From: Nanobdellota archaeon
Lineage (GTDB): Archaea; Nanobdellota; Nanobdellia; Woesearchaeales; DATDXC01
Direction of reading: 5' to 3'
NCBI GenBank assembly: GCA_043818675.1
Contig: JBDRFR010000061.1
Span: 1 to 56,341, forward strand
Length of the DNA stretch: 56,341 bases
Position 1 is the stretch's first letter, and each line of letters begins with the position of its first letter. The translations under genes and the position numbers were made by a program. Shown here in pieces: positions 18,340 to 27,154 of the stretch. Under the pieces are notes generated by a model that was not told the origin of the DNA, did no database searches, and saw nothing but the letters and a program-made list of their open reading frames with translations.

Positions 18340-18589
18340 TAAGGAAAAAGCAAAAATAGAAATAAAGAAAATAATTGATAATGCACATTCTAACAAAATT
18401 TTAACTCTGGTAGATAAAACAATTTTTCTAAATGAACAGTTTAATGTTATCAGTGAAAAGAAAACCATACAAAGTAGGAAACTAGAAGATGAGATAGAAA
18501 AGATAAGCGGCGAAATTGACCAAGAAGTCTACAAGCTCTATGGACTTAATAACAAAGAAATCAAGATTGTTGAGGAAAGTTTGAAATGA
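18332..18589 (+). CDS. Short ORF resembling the extreme C-terminus of type IIG/Eco57I-like RM or BREX PglX methyltransferases (probable fragment)
   Basis: It ends in IDQEVYKLYGLNNKEIKIVEESLK. The motif ID..VY.LYGL...EI..VE is the characteristic C-terminal tail of those enzymes. There is no catalytic domain upstream. Confidence 0.4.
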   Translation: MIDKEKAKIEIKKIIDNAHSNKILTLVDKTIFLNEQFNVISEKKTIQSRKLEDEIEKISGEIDQEVYKLYGLNNKEIKIVEESLK

Positions 18590-19158
18590 ATAAGAAAGGA
18601 ATAGGAAAAATAATACCTCTTTTTATCGTGATATTGATAATTATCATAGTTATCGGAATAGTTATTGGTGCACAATTCTATAAATCAATTACGACTGCGA
18701 GAACAATTAGCCAAAGAGCTGATGAAATCAAGGAATCTTTAAATGAGTTAGATCAAAAACTTGCATTATTTAACGAATTGCCATCAGAAATAAGCGGTAT
18801 CAAAACAAAGATTGAAGATATTGAACGAAGAACATCAGAGATAGAATTAGAAAGTGGTGAGATTAACACGGCTGAAGCGAAATTGCAAGAGAACATAAAT
18901 CAATTAGATAATATCAAGGTTGAATTAGATTCTATTCAAAAAAAGTTAGGAGAATTGCAAAATAAATATCCACCTGTCCAAACACAGAATATTCTATTTC
19001 AGAATATGAGTAATGAAGAAGCTACAATTTTAATACAAAATGCTATTAATCAAAGAACATGGCATCTTGGATTAAGCTTTGCTTTTGGTTCATTATTCAC
19101 AATTTCCCTTTTATCAGTATATTTCATATTCAAAAAATATGTAATAAAAAAAGAATAA
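18586..19158 (+). CDS. Bitopic coiled-coil membrane protein (190 aa)
   Basis: N-terminal TM helix (IIPLFIVILIIIIVIGIVIG), a long heptad-like middle section and a C-terminal TM helix (LGLSFAFGSLFTISLLSVYFIF). Confidence 0.55.
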   Translation: MNKKGIGKIIPLFIVILIIIIVIGIVIGAQFYKSITTARTISQRADEIKESLNELDQKLALFNELPSEISGIKTKIEDIERRTSEIELESGEINTAEAKLQENINQLDNIKVELDSIQKKLGELQNKYPPVQTQNILFQNMSNEEATILIQNAINQRTWHLGLSFAFGSLFTISLLSVYFIFKKYVIKKE

Positions 19159-19167
19159 ACACAAAAA

Positions 19168-20013
19168 ATGACCAAAGAAAAATCCCTAATTGTCTTCCAA
19201 GACAAGAAAATAAGAAGAATATGGTATAATGAAGAGTGGCATTACTCCGTTTCAGATATTATTGCAGTTTTGACGGACAGTAAAGACGAATTAGCATACT
19301 GGAGGAAGCTGAAACAGAGAGAACCCCAACTCGTGACAATTTGTCACGGTTTGAAAATGCCTGCAAAAGACGGGAAGATGAGGTATGCTGACTGTGTAAA
19401 TACAAAAAATGCCTTTAGGCTTATACAATCAATCCCTTCAAGAAAAGCAGAGCCGTTTAAGCAGTGGCTTGCCCAGGTAGGAAAAGAAAGGATTGATGAG
19501 ATAGAAAATCCAGAATTAGCCCAAGACAGGGTAAAAGAGTATTATGAGCTTAAAGGATATCCTAAAGATTGGATAGATAAAGGGCTTAGAGGCATAGCAA
19601 TAAGGCAGGATTTGACAGATGAATGGGAAATTAGAGGCATTAAAGAGCAAAAAGAGTTTGCTATACTCACAAATGAAATTTCCAAGGCAACATTTGACAA
19701 GACAGTTAAAGAATACAAAAGATTCAAAGACTTGAAAAGAAAAAATCAAAATTTAAGAGACCATATGACCGATTGGGAATTAATCCTGACAATGGTTGGG
19801 GAAAAGGCTACAACAGACATTACTATCTCCAAAGACTCTAAAGGCTTCAACCAATGTAAGCATTCAGCTGTTGAAGGAGGTACAATAGCAAAGAACACCA
19901 GAAAGGAGATTGAGCAAAAAACAGGAAAATCCATTATATCAAAAGACAATTTTCTTTACTTAGAAAATAAAAAGAAGAAGCAGATTGAAAATGATAAAAA
20001 AACCAACAATTAA
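19168..20013 (+). CDS. Bro-N domain / DinD-like (phage antirepressor-type) protein
   Basis: The N-terminus LIVFQDKKIRRIWYNEEWHYSVSDIIAVLTDS...AFRLIQSIPSRKAEPFKQWLAQVGKERIDEIENPELA matches the Bro-N/DNA-damage-inducible protein D pattern. Confidence 0.7.
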   Translation: MTKEKSLIVFQDKKIRRIWYNEEWHYSVSDIIAVLTDSKDELAYWRKLKQREPQLVTICHGLKMPAKDGKMRYADCVNTKNAFRLIQSIPSRKAEPFKQWLAQVGKERIDEIENPELAQDRVKEYYELKGYPKDWIDKGLRGIAIRQDLTDEWEIRGIKEQKEFAILTNEISKATFDKTVKEYKRFKDLKRKNQNLRDHMTDWELILTMVGEKATTDITISKDSKGFNQCKHSAVEGGTIAKNTRKEIEQKTGKSIISKDNFLYLENKKKKQIENDKKTNN

Positions 20014-20315
20014 TCAAAAAGAACTCTATGAAAAGATAATAGAAAAAGCAACCATAGACTGCTATGGTGAATATGAGCAGATATGTGGGTGGGTTGCCCA
20101 TACTAAGTGATAATATAACAGTGCCATGCAAATGCAGGCTGCCTGATGAGGGGGCAGTCCTTGAAAAAATTGATACTGATAAAAATGGCTCCTGTGTTTT
20201 TGGATTGGTTAGATTTGGAAAGTCTAAATTAAGGGTTTTGTTTCAGGACATTGTCCTTGAAGATCTAAAGGCTATGGATTATGTTAATGCTTATAAGTAT
20301 TGGTGCAGGGAATGA
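19991..20315 (+). pseudogene. Frameshifted small gene (CYGEYEQ...Y-x-YW domain)
   Basis: Frame A (19991..20110) reads MIKKPTINQKELYEKIIEKATIDCYGEYEQICGWVAHTK-stop. Frame B (ORF 20064..20315) continues LSDNITVPCKCRLPDEG...VNAYKYWCRE. Together they resemble one domain, which recurs intact at the C-terminus of the 21783 protein. Confidence 0.45.
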
Positions 20316-20370
20316 ATAAAGAAGAAAGGAGATTAGCAAATGAGATAAAAAAACAAATAATGATCAACAG

Positions 20371-21777
20371 GTGATACAAATGCCAAACGTTTTTACAGGA
20401 AAAGTTGCAATTCCCGGAGATAAGATTGATAAATACCTGAAAATTATGGAACAAGCAGAAAAAGATAGAGAGCCTTTTGTTAACAGCCTTAATAAATTGA
20501 ATGAAGAATTTGGAGATTATCTTGATGAAAAAAGCCTATCTGGTAGAACCATATCAAAACATTGCGGAATAATTGACTTGTTTATCGATTTTCTTGCCAG
20601 ATACACTGATATTGAAAAGATAGATGATGTTACAAAAGGGATGGCAAACACTCATTTTAAGAATTGGTACAGAAGGAAGGTATGGGATTCAACTACACCT
20701 GATGAGATAACAACAGCAATAAAGAAATTCTTTACTTTTTTAGCTGAAAATAAAGGTATAGTTAATGAAAAAGTACTTGCCAATCCAAAAGCAAAATCTA
20801 CAGAAAAAAACTTAGGGCAAAAAGATAACATTATCCAGATAATTGATAAATTAAGTGATACTTTGAATTTTACTGTTGAAGATAGAAAGACAATAAGAGT
20901 TATGATTGATGCCTATTTCAGGAAAAGGAAAAGCATTACAAAATCTAATGATGATATAACAGCTGCTGCCTTTCTCTGGCAGTATTCTAAGATAAACTTC
21001 TTATGGGAGCATGATAAGTCGTTGATGAAAAAGAATATAGCAGAATTGCTTAATGTCAGCCCAAGTACAGTAGGGAATAAATCATCTGAAATATCCAAAG
21101 CGTTAAATATTGACTTTTTTGATGAGAGATTCTGCAGAAAAGAAGTATCTGATGAGAATCCATTTAAACAATTTGCCATAACACAGCAAGGTTTTATAGT
21201 AAAAAACAATTTGATTAATGAAAAAAACATACCATCTAAGAAAGATAAAGAAGATTATTTTTATGACGGAACAGACTTTTTGCAGGCAGGAAATAAAAAA
21301 GAAGCTATCGCTTGTTTCAATAAAGCATTAGAAATTGATGAAAATTATGTTGATGCACATAATGGTTTAGGCAATATTTATTTCAATGATGATTTAGAGA
21401 AATCAAAGCAATATTATCAAAAGGCATATGAACTGACTAAAAAACATTTCAACAATCAGTGGCCTATTGCCATAGAATGGGGGGTTATTGAAAACAGGCA
21501 GTATCTAAGGGCTATGCATGGGCTTGGTCTTATTTTCTGGAGAGAAAATAACCTTCAGGAAGCAAAAAGGCTTTTTATGCTGATGTTGAGGCTTAACAAT
21601 AATGACAACCAGGGAGCAAGATATCTTGTTGCTGCTATTCTCGAAGGAATGACGTGGGATCAATATGGGAAGATAGAGGACAAGGCAATGGAATCTTCTA
21701 GTTATAGTGGAGAAGAAAAGCTTTTTGAAAAGCAGAATAAGATTCATAATTTTTACAAGTATCAAGGGGATGTATAA
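20371..21777 (+). CDS. TPR-repeat protein with N-terminal helical (SAM-like/core-binding-like) domain
   Basis: TPR consensus in AIACFNKALEIDENYVDAHNGLGNIYFNDDLEKSKQYYQKAYEL and LQEAKRLFMLMLRLNNNDNQGARYL. The start is GTG at 20371 or ATG at 20380. Confidence 0.6.
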   Translation: MIQMPNVFTGKVAIPGDKIDKYLKIMEQAEKDREPFVNSLNKLNEEFGDYLDEKSLSGRTISKHCGIIDLFIDFLARYTDIEKIDDVTKGMANTHFKNWYRRKVWDSTTPDEITTAIKKFFTFLAENKGIVNEKVLANPKAKSTEKNLGQKDNIIQIIDKLSDTLNFTVEDRKTIRVMIDAYFRKRKSITKSNDDITAAAFLWQYSKINFLWEHDKSLMKKNIAELLNVSPSTVGNKSSEISKALNIDFFDERFCRKEVSDENPFKQFAITQQGFIVKNNLINEKNIPSKKDKEDYFYDGTDFLQAGNKKEAIACFNKALEIDENYVDAHNGLGNIYFNDDLEKSKQYYQKAYELTKKHFNNQWPIAIEWGVIENRQYLRAMHGLGLIFWRENNLQEAKRLFMLMLRLNNNDNQGARYLVAAILEGMTWDQYGKIEDKAMESSSYSGEEKLFEKQNKIHNFYKYQGDV

Positions 21778-21782
21778 GCAAG

Positions 21783-22793
21783 ATGGGTAAATGGTATAAC
21801 GCGTTTAAGAAAAATATGAATACTGTATTTACAGAAGAGGATTTTAATGATTATAAAGAGTTAATAAAGCACGATTTACAGTTCTATAGAAAATATCTAA
21901 AAAAAGAAGATAAAATTCTTGATATTGGATGCGGTTTGGGTGTATTTTCAGTTCCTCTTTCAACATTTGGGTATAAGATTATAGGAATAGACAATGACAA
22001 AAAAGTTCTTGAAGCAGCAATTGAAAATGGAAAAAATTTTGGAAAAGAAATAGAATTTAAATTGGCGGATATTTTTAATATAGATAAAGAGTTTGACAAA
22101 AATTCTTTTGATGTTTGTATATCCGGCGGAGTCCTTGAGCATTTCTCAAAAGATGAGATAAGAGATATAATAGATAAGCAGTTAGTTTTAGCACCCATTG
22201 TGATAGCATCTTTTCCTATCAGAACAAAACGCACTCTCAAGCATTATGATGTTAAGGATATTCGTGAAAAAGAAGTTTGTTGTGATAAGATCCACAGAAA
22301 TCTTTGGACTGAATACCAATGGAGAGAAAATATTTTAGAATTCTATGAAATTGAAGATGTTTTTGTGAATAAATGCCATTCTTTGATTGGCAGATTCGAT
22401 GAAATGCTGGTAGTCATAAAAAGAGATTACAAAGGGGAGGAATTTGAAGGACTAGTTGATAAATCCGATGAAGAAATAAGAATTGCAGAACTGTTTACGG
22501 GATCGTACGGTTGGAGTGAGAAGCTAGCAGCATTTGAGCTTTATTTAATGAATGCATTTGATTTTCCATTTAAAGCAAAGTTTCGTTCAAGCGAATATGG
22601 TGATAAAGATACTGTTTTTAATGTGGTTCGTATTACTTGTTGCAGGGACAAAGGAGGAGTTTTTTGTGAGATAAGGTATAACAATGGCAAGAGGGAAGAG
22701 ATTCCAGTATATTTCATGACCCCAGTTGATAAAAAACATAAGGGAAACATTGCTTTGAAAGATTATATCAAGTGGCTTCCTTTTAAGGTGTAG
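21783..22793 (+). CDS. Class I SAM-dependent methyltransferase fused to a C-terminal FPF-A...Y-x-W domain
   Basis: Motif I ILDIGCGLGVFSVPLSTFGYKIIGIDND and motif post-II DVCISGGVLEHF. The C-terminal roughly 115 aa (GWSEKLAAFELYLMNAFDFPFKAKF...ALKDYIKWLP) resemble the frameshifted gene at 19991..20315. Confidence 0.75.
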   Translation: MGKWYNAFKKNMNTVFTEEDFNDYKELIKHDLQFYRKYLKKEDKILDIGCGLGVFSVPLSTFGYKIIGIDNDKKVLEAAIENGKNFGKEIEFKLADIFNIDKEFDKNSFDVCISGGVLEHFSKDEIRDIIDKQLVLAPIVIASFPIRTKRTLKHYDVKDIREKEVCCDKIHRNLWTEYQWRENILEFYEIEDVFVNKCHSLIGRFDEMLVVIKRDYKGEEFEGLVDKSDEEIRIAELFTGSYGWSEKLAAFELYLMNAFDFPFKAKFRSSEYGDKDTVFNVVRITCCRDKGGVFCEIRYNNGKREEIPVYFMTPVDKKHKGNIALKDYIKWLPFKV

Positions 22794-22801
22794 GCATTAA
22801 A

Positions 22802-23461
22802 ATGAGTGAGGTACTAAAACTTGTAAACACAATAAAAAGCAAAGACAAAAAAGAAAGGTATAAAGCATTAGATAGTATTATGTGGCTGTCGAGGTCAAGA
22901 AAAGCTAAGCAGAAGGCAGAACTCCTAAAAATATTAAATGAGAAATCATTTTCTGATGATTGGGAAAAAAAATATATAGCGATGTATGGCATCTCGAGGG
23001 TCAGATGGAGATTTGGAAAATTTGATGAGTTAAAGAAAGCATACAAAAATGTACTTAGGCTCTTAGAAGATAGTGATGGAAGGGTAAGAGTTGCGGCACT
23101 TAATGCATTAGACAGGAACTTCAAAGGCTTTTTTATAAGCTTTGAACTTGGGGAATGTGAGAAATTTAGTAAAGAAGAAATTGTGAAGCTTTGGATGGAT
23201 TCTCTTTTTTTTCTTTGGGATAAGACAAAAACAGAAACCAATTATAAAATTCAATATCATCTGATGAGATGTGTTGATGTATTATTTCGACCAGATATGA
23301 ATTGCTATTTAAATGCTAAAGAGTATTCTAAATATAAAGAAGTATGGGCTCAAATCCAAGAGCTAAATGAGCTTTACAATGAGTATGGTATGGATGACAA
23401 GCTATTTATGAAGATGCAAAAGGAAGCTTTGGGAAAATGGAACAAACAGATTATAGAATAA
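22802..23461 (+). CDS. Hypothetical helical-repeat (HEAT-like) protein
   Basis: 219-aa ORF. DSDGRVRVAALNALD is a HEAT/PBS-lyase-like repeat signature. The call is weak. Confidence 0.4.
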   Translation: MSEVLKLVNTIKSKDKKERYKALDSIMWLSRSRKAKQKAELLKILNEKSFSDDWEKKYIAMYGISRVRWRFGKFDELKKAYKNVLRLLEDSDGRVRVAALNALDRNFKGFFISFELGECEKFSKEEIVKLWMDSLFFLWDKTKTETNYKIQYHLMRCVDVLFRPDMNCYLNAKEYSKYKEVWAQIQELNELYNEYGMDDKLFMKMQKEALGKWNKQIIE

Positions 23462-23473
23462 AACAAAGAAATC

Positions 23474-24196
23474 TTGATATGTCCTCGAAAAGTCAATCTA
23501 AATTGGAGGTGTAGCAATATGGAAGAAGAAAATGATAAAAATAACTTATGGGCAGAGGGGGCTTTTATCGAATCTGTTGGTCCTGACGATGCTGGAAAAA
23601 TAAGAACATTCCATATGGAGCATGATGAAGAGGTAAATTACAATTGCAAAAGGTGTGATAAAAAGATATCAGCGCATAATAGGGATTGGCATGATGGTAT
23701 GTGTGATAAGTGTTTCAATGATAAACATTTCTCTGGTGAAGATGAAATTCCAGAAGAGATGGAGAAAGAAATTGAAGCAAAGCTTAAGAATTTTAAACCA
23801 GAAGATCATTCTGTATTGGACCTATGTAAAGAAATCGGAACAAGCATAAGTGCCATTAATGACTCAAACACAGAATCTTTTATGCCACTATTAATGGCTA
23901 TTGAAGAAACAATCTGGAGGCATTACTCAGAAGATGACTCTTTAAAGGATACTGATATAATTGAATCATTGAAAAATATAAGAAACAACATATTTTCAAA
24001 TGACACAAAATTCAGTGAAATGGAGAATGAGATCATAACTAGGATAAAAGTAGTTTTGATGGTCAATAACTATGACAAAAGAGACCTTTCTTTATCTATA
24101 TCAAAAGTATTAAAATCAGCAAAAATGCATAAGTCAATGGGTGGAAGCAGAGGATATCTTAATTTTTTATCTAATTTTTTTAAGCAAATGGGATGA
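23474..24196 (+). CDS. Hypothetical protein with CxxC...CxxC knuckle
   Basis: 240-aa ORF (the likely true start is the ATG at 23519, MEEENDK). Contains CKRCDKKISAHNRDWHDGMCDKC. Confidence 0.45.
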   Translation: MICPRKVNLNWRCSNMEEENDKNNLWAEGAFIESVGPDDAGKIRTFHMEHDEEVNYNCKRCDKKISAHNRDWHDGMCDKCFNDKHFSGEDEIPEEMEKEIEAKLKNFKPEDHSVLDLCKEIGTSISAINDSNTESFMPLLMAIEETIWRHYSEDDSLKDTDIIESLKNIRNNIFSNDTKFSEMENEIITRIKVVLMVNNYDKRDLSLSISKVLKSAKMHKSMGGSRGYLNFLSNFFKQMG

Positions 24197-24549
24197 AATG
24201 TAAGATGAAAAATCAGATAGACAGAACACTGATTAATACAATTTCGGAAATGGCTCGGAAAGAAAAAAAGATTAAGGAATTCAAAAGCAGAGTAAGGGTC
24301 AAAGGAAAGCTCATCAAAAAGGGAAAGACTAAGAAAGGAAGCATCAAACTGATTATACAGGAAGATGATGATAAATATAATTTTGTTGTTATAAAGACAC
24401 ATAAGGAAAATTTTGCTCTTGCAGAACAGCTAAAAACAGGTTCTTTTGTTTCTGCTGTAGGTATAAATAAGTTTAGGGCAATAATATGCACACAATTAAA
24501 GAAACTGCCTAAGATGGATGAAAGCAAACAAACCAAACTGATTGAGTAG
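24193..24549 (+). CDS. Hypothetical basic protein (118 aa), possibly an OB-fold
   Basis: Intact ORF with an ATGA overlap to the upstream gene. No family recognised. Confidence 0.4.
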   Translation: MKCKMKNQIDRTLINTISEMARKEKKIKEFKSRVRVKGKLIKKGKTKKGSIKLIIQEDDDKYNFVVIKTHKENFALAEQLKTGSFVSAVGINKFRAIICTQLKKLPKMDESKQTKLIE

Positions 24550-24600
24550 TACTGTTAGATAAGTTTTCTCTCCCCCTCATATTAAAAATTGTTCCCTAAT

Positions 24601-25301
24601 GAGATTTCACTTTGTGAAATCTCCTATCTTAAGTTGTCCTTTTAACTTTTCTGGACAACCGTAAATGTCATACTCAAACACATCTTTACCTTCTTGCTCA
24701 AGAATGTATCTTTTTACCTGTTCTTGAGATACATGTCCTGCAGAACCGCAGTAATAACCTCTAGCCCAGAGGTTATCAAATTTCTAGTAAGGAAATTTGT
24801 AACCAAGATATTTCAATTGTATGAAACATCTTCTCAGCTGGATTGAGGCATTACCTTTTAGTCTCTTGACTATATCTGCAGGATGATGTGTTGGTCTTGC
24901 TCCAACAAATAAATGAAGATGATCCGGCATTATCTCTAATGCTAGCATATTCAATCTAATGTCATAGCAGATTCCTTTAATAATTGTACTCAGAACATCT
25001 TTAACCTTTCCTTTTAGGATAGGTTTTCTGTACTTTGGTATCCAGATAATGTGATAATTAATGTTAAATTTGCAGTGATGTCCTGCTCGGACAGTCGCAA
25101 TTTTACTTTCAATCTTATGCACATTTGGATCAAAGTGAGGATATTTGAATTTAACCATAGCAATCACCTCATGCTTAAAGGTGATTGCTGGTTGAGGGAG
25201 TTTCTTCCGTTAGAGCAGAGCCACTCTTAAAATTTTAATGTGAATGACTTCTGAAAGAAGGGAAAGTTTAAGTTGATAGTTCTGCGTGAGAAACCCCCAT
25301 C
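24601..25301 (-). mobile_element. IS200/IS605-family element (tnpA only), probably inactive
   Basis: A Y1/HUH transposase gene flanked by subterminal hairpins: GAGATTTCAC-ttt-GTGAAATCTC (24601-24623), GCAATCACCT-n9-AGGTGATTGC (25160-25188) and CCATCT-tc-AGATGG (25288-25301). No tnpB is present. Confidence 0.6.
24607..25158 (-). pseudogene. tnpA: IS200-type Y1 transposase TnpA interrupted by an in-frame TAG
   Basis: YHIIWIPKYRKPIL and MPDHLHLFV (the HUH motif) are present. An in-frame TAG at 24784-24786 is followed in the same frame by KFDNLWARGYYCGSAGHVSQEQVKRYILEQ, the segment that normally carries the catalytic Tyr. Confidence 0.7.
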
Positions 25302-25380
25302 TTCAGATGGATTTAATTTGGGAGTATGTCATTTTTTAAAAAAAGGCATTAGAAATATGATGAAGACTGATTTCCATCTT

Positions 25381-26742
25381 TTATTTTTTTTCAGCCTGAG
25401 GGGATAAATTTAGCCTGTCAATACCCTGCTCTGCCAGCTTAAAGTAAGTATTATGCAGGATGCTTAAGGTCGGATCACCCATCGCTGCTGACCGGCCCAG
25501 ATTAGAACTGATCCTTGCAGCAACATCCCTGATAGGCACTGTTGTTTCAATAAAGGCTTTCCTTCTTGCTAAAGCCACATCAGCTGCTTCTGCCTTATGA
25601 TAATCAAGAACTGATCTTATAGCTGCTGGATTATAAGCAAACTGAGCCGCAGGCTCTTTACCATAATGCTTAACATCGGCCTTCATCTTGATAAAATCGA
25701 ATGTGTACGTAGCTCCAGCGGAATATACGATAGCTTGCGACGGAAAAGCACGGCCGCCTAAAACCTTGTAATGGATTTCTACCGGCTTATCGGTTTTGAT
25801 CGGGCCAACATTATTTAGTTTTAATACCCTATGAATATTATCCCCGGAAACAGATGAATCCTGCATATCAGGCGCCAGCTGTTTATCGATTGAAGAGTGG
25901 AGCCTGTCTAGATTCATCGCTGCACTATAGTCCTGCCCAAAGCCTTGTTTCTGGCTATGATAAAGAGCTGCAAGAGCTTCAAAATGCCGGCAATATTTTT
26001 GATATATTTTAGGAGTGAATGCCGGATTTTCTGATTGGAATCTTTTCGCTTTTGCATTATGAGCGCTAATCTTTGATGCAAGATCAGATGCATTGCCGCT
26101 TTTAACCCAATTTTCCAAAAATTTTTCATATCCAACACCTTTAATATCCATCACTGCTTTAGCATTATCAGCTTCTGTTACGGATCTTTTTGCTAAGCTG
26201 TCCTTATATCTAATCGGAATAAACAGCCTGGTGCCCTTTTTTTGCAGGGTACGATCATCAATATGAGCAGTGATAGTGGTATTACCGGAAGTAAATGCTG
26301 CTGTATGAGCGCTGTAATCAAATACAAAATTTTGACCGCCTAAATTAGCTTTAACTATCAGCGCGCCGACGCTATTCTTCCTCACTGTAAGATCATACTG
26401 TGTCTTGCCGCTAGCATAGGCAAATTCAAAATGTTCCATGGCCGGATTAACCATAAGAGCTGCTTTAGTGCCATTATTGGCCATAGTATATTCAGGCCGT
26501 TCAATGCAGGTTAAGCTAATATCATCAAACTGCGAAAGAATACCCTGAAGCCTTGGGAATTCAGTTGTATTGTCTTTCTCAGATATTATACCAGCTGCTC
26601 CAGGCAACCTTTTTACAGCTGCTGAAGCTGCCGAAGACCCTGATAACTTTAAGAAAAATCTTCTGGTCATTTCACCTAATCCAGCTGCTAGTTCTGCCAT
26701 GTTTGTAGTATTAGATCTTAGGTAGTATATAAAGTTTTCCAT
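25381..26742 (-). CDS. Exported hypothetical protein with twin-arginine (Tat) signal
   Basis: The N-terminal MTRRFFLKLSGSSAASAAV matches the Tat consensus S/T-R-R-x-F-L-K followed by an h-region. The true start may be an internal Met (M15 or M25 of the ORF). Confidence 0.6.
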   Translation of the reverse strand: MENFIYYLRSNTTNMAELAAGLGEMTRRFFLKLSGSSAASAAVKRLPGAAGIISEKDNTTEFPRLQGILSQFDDISLTCIERPEYTMANNGTKAALMVNPAMEHFEFAYASGKTQYDLTVRKNSVGALIVKANLGGQNFVFDYSAHTAAFTSGNTTITAHIDDRTLQKKGTRLFIPIRYKDSLAKRSVTEADNAKAVMDIKGVGYEKFLENWVKSGNASDLASKISAHNAKAKRFQSENPAFTPKIYQKYCRHFEALAALYHSQKQGFGQDYSAAMNLDRLHSSIDKQLAPDMQDSSVSGDNIHRVLKLNNVGPIKTDKPVEIHYKVLGGRAFPSQAIVYSAGATYTFDFIKMKADVKHYGKEPAAQFAYNPAAIRSVLDYHKAEAADVALARRKAFIETTVPIRDVAARISSNLGRSAAMGDPTLSILHNTYFKLAEQGIDRLNLSPQAEKK

Positions 26743-26904
26743 TTTTTAACTACTTATAAGTAGTTATTGAAATAAAATGGTTAGCTCTTTAAGTTAAATA
26801 AACAACTTGATTAGTATATTAAATATCCTTAATTAAGGCTAAATAAAGTATAAATATACTTGATTATGGCTAAATAATGTATAAAATAAGCATTAATAAA
26901 ACCA

Positions 26905-26977
26905 AAAAGTTTAAATAGATAGAAAAAAATAAGCTTGTTACCATAGTTTTACAGCAGTCCGCCAAATTTTGGCGGAC
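26905..26977 (+). promoter_or_regulatory. Promoter plus GC-rich palindrome upstream of module B
   Basis: AAAAGTTTAAATA box at 26905-26917. A perfect 10-bp-arm palindrome GTCCGCCAAA-t-TTTGGCGGAC at 26957-26977 ends 10 nt before the ATG at 26987. Confidence 0.5.
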
Positions 26978-26986
26978 ATTTTTAAG

Positions 26987-27154
26987 ATGAGCAAGCAAAT
27001 CAGAATCACTGTCAGCAATGAGATAGACAAGATGCTTTCTAAAGTTGCCAAAAAACTGGGCAAGAAAAAATCAATGCTTGCAAGAGAGCTGATGGAACAA
27101 AAGATGTATGACCTTAAACTTATCCAGAAGGGTCTCGAGGATATCGAACTATGA
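26987..27154 (+). CDS. Ribbon-helix-helix (CopG/MetJ-like) protein, first gene of module B
   Basis: MSKQIRITVSNEIDKMLSKVAKKLGKKKSMLARELMEQ shows the RHH pattern. ATGA overlap with the 27151 gene. Confidence 0.6.
   Translation: MSKQIRITVSNEIDKMLSKVAKKLGKKKSMLARELMEQKMYDLKLIQKGLEDIEL

Noticed and set aside
23655-23849. A 64-aa alternate-frame ORF inside the 23474..24196 gene
   Set aside because: It is embedded in a longer ORF on the same strand. Its Lys/Ile-rich translation is typical of an off-frame reading of AT-rich coding sequence.
24784-24786. TAG recoding (for example pyrrolysine or readthrough as a genome-wide feature) to explain the in-frame TAG in tnpA
   Set aside because: TAG is used as the terminator of several well-supported ORFs here (stops at 22793, 24549 and 50409). 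A nonsense mutation in a decaying IS is more likely.
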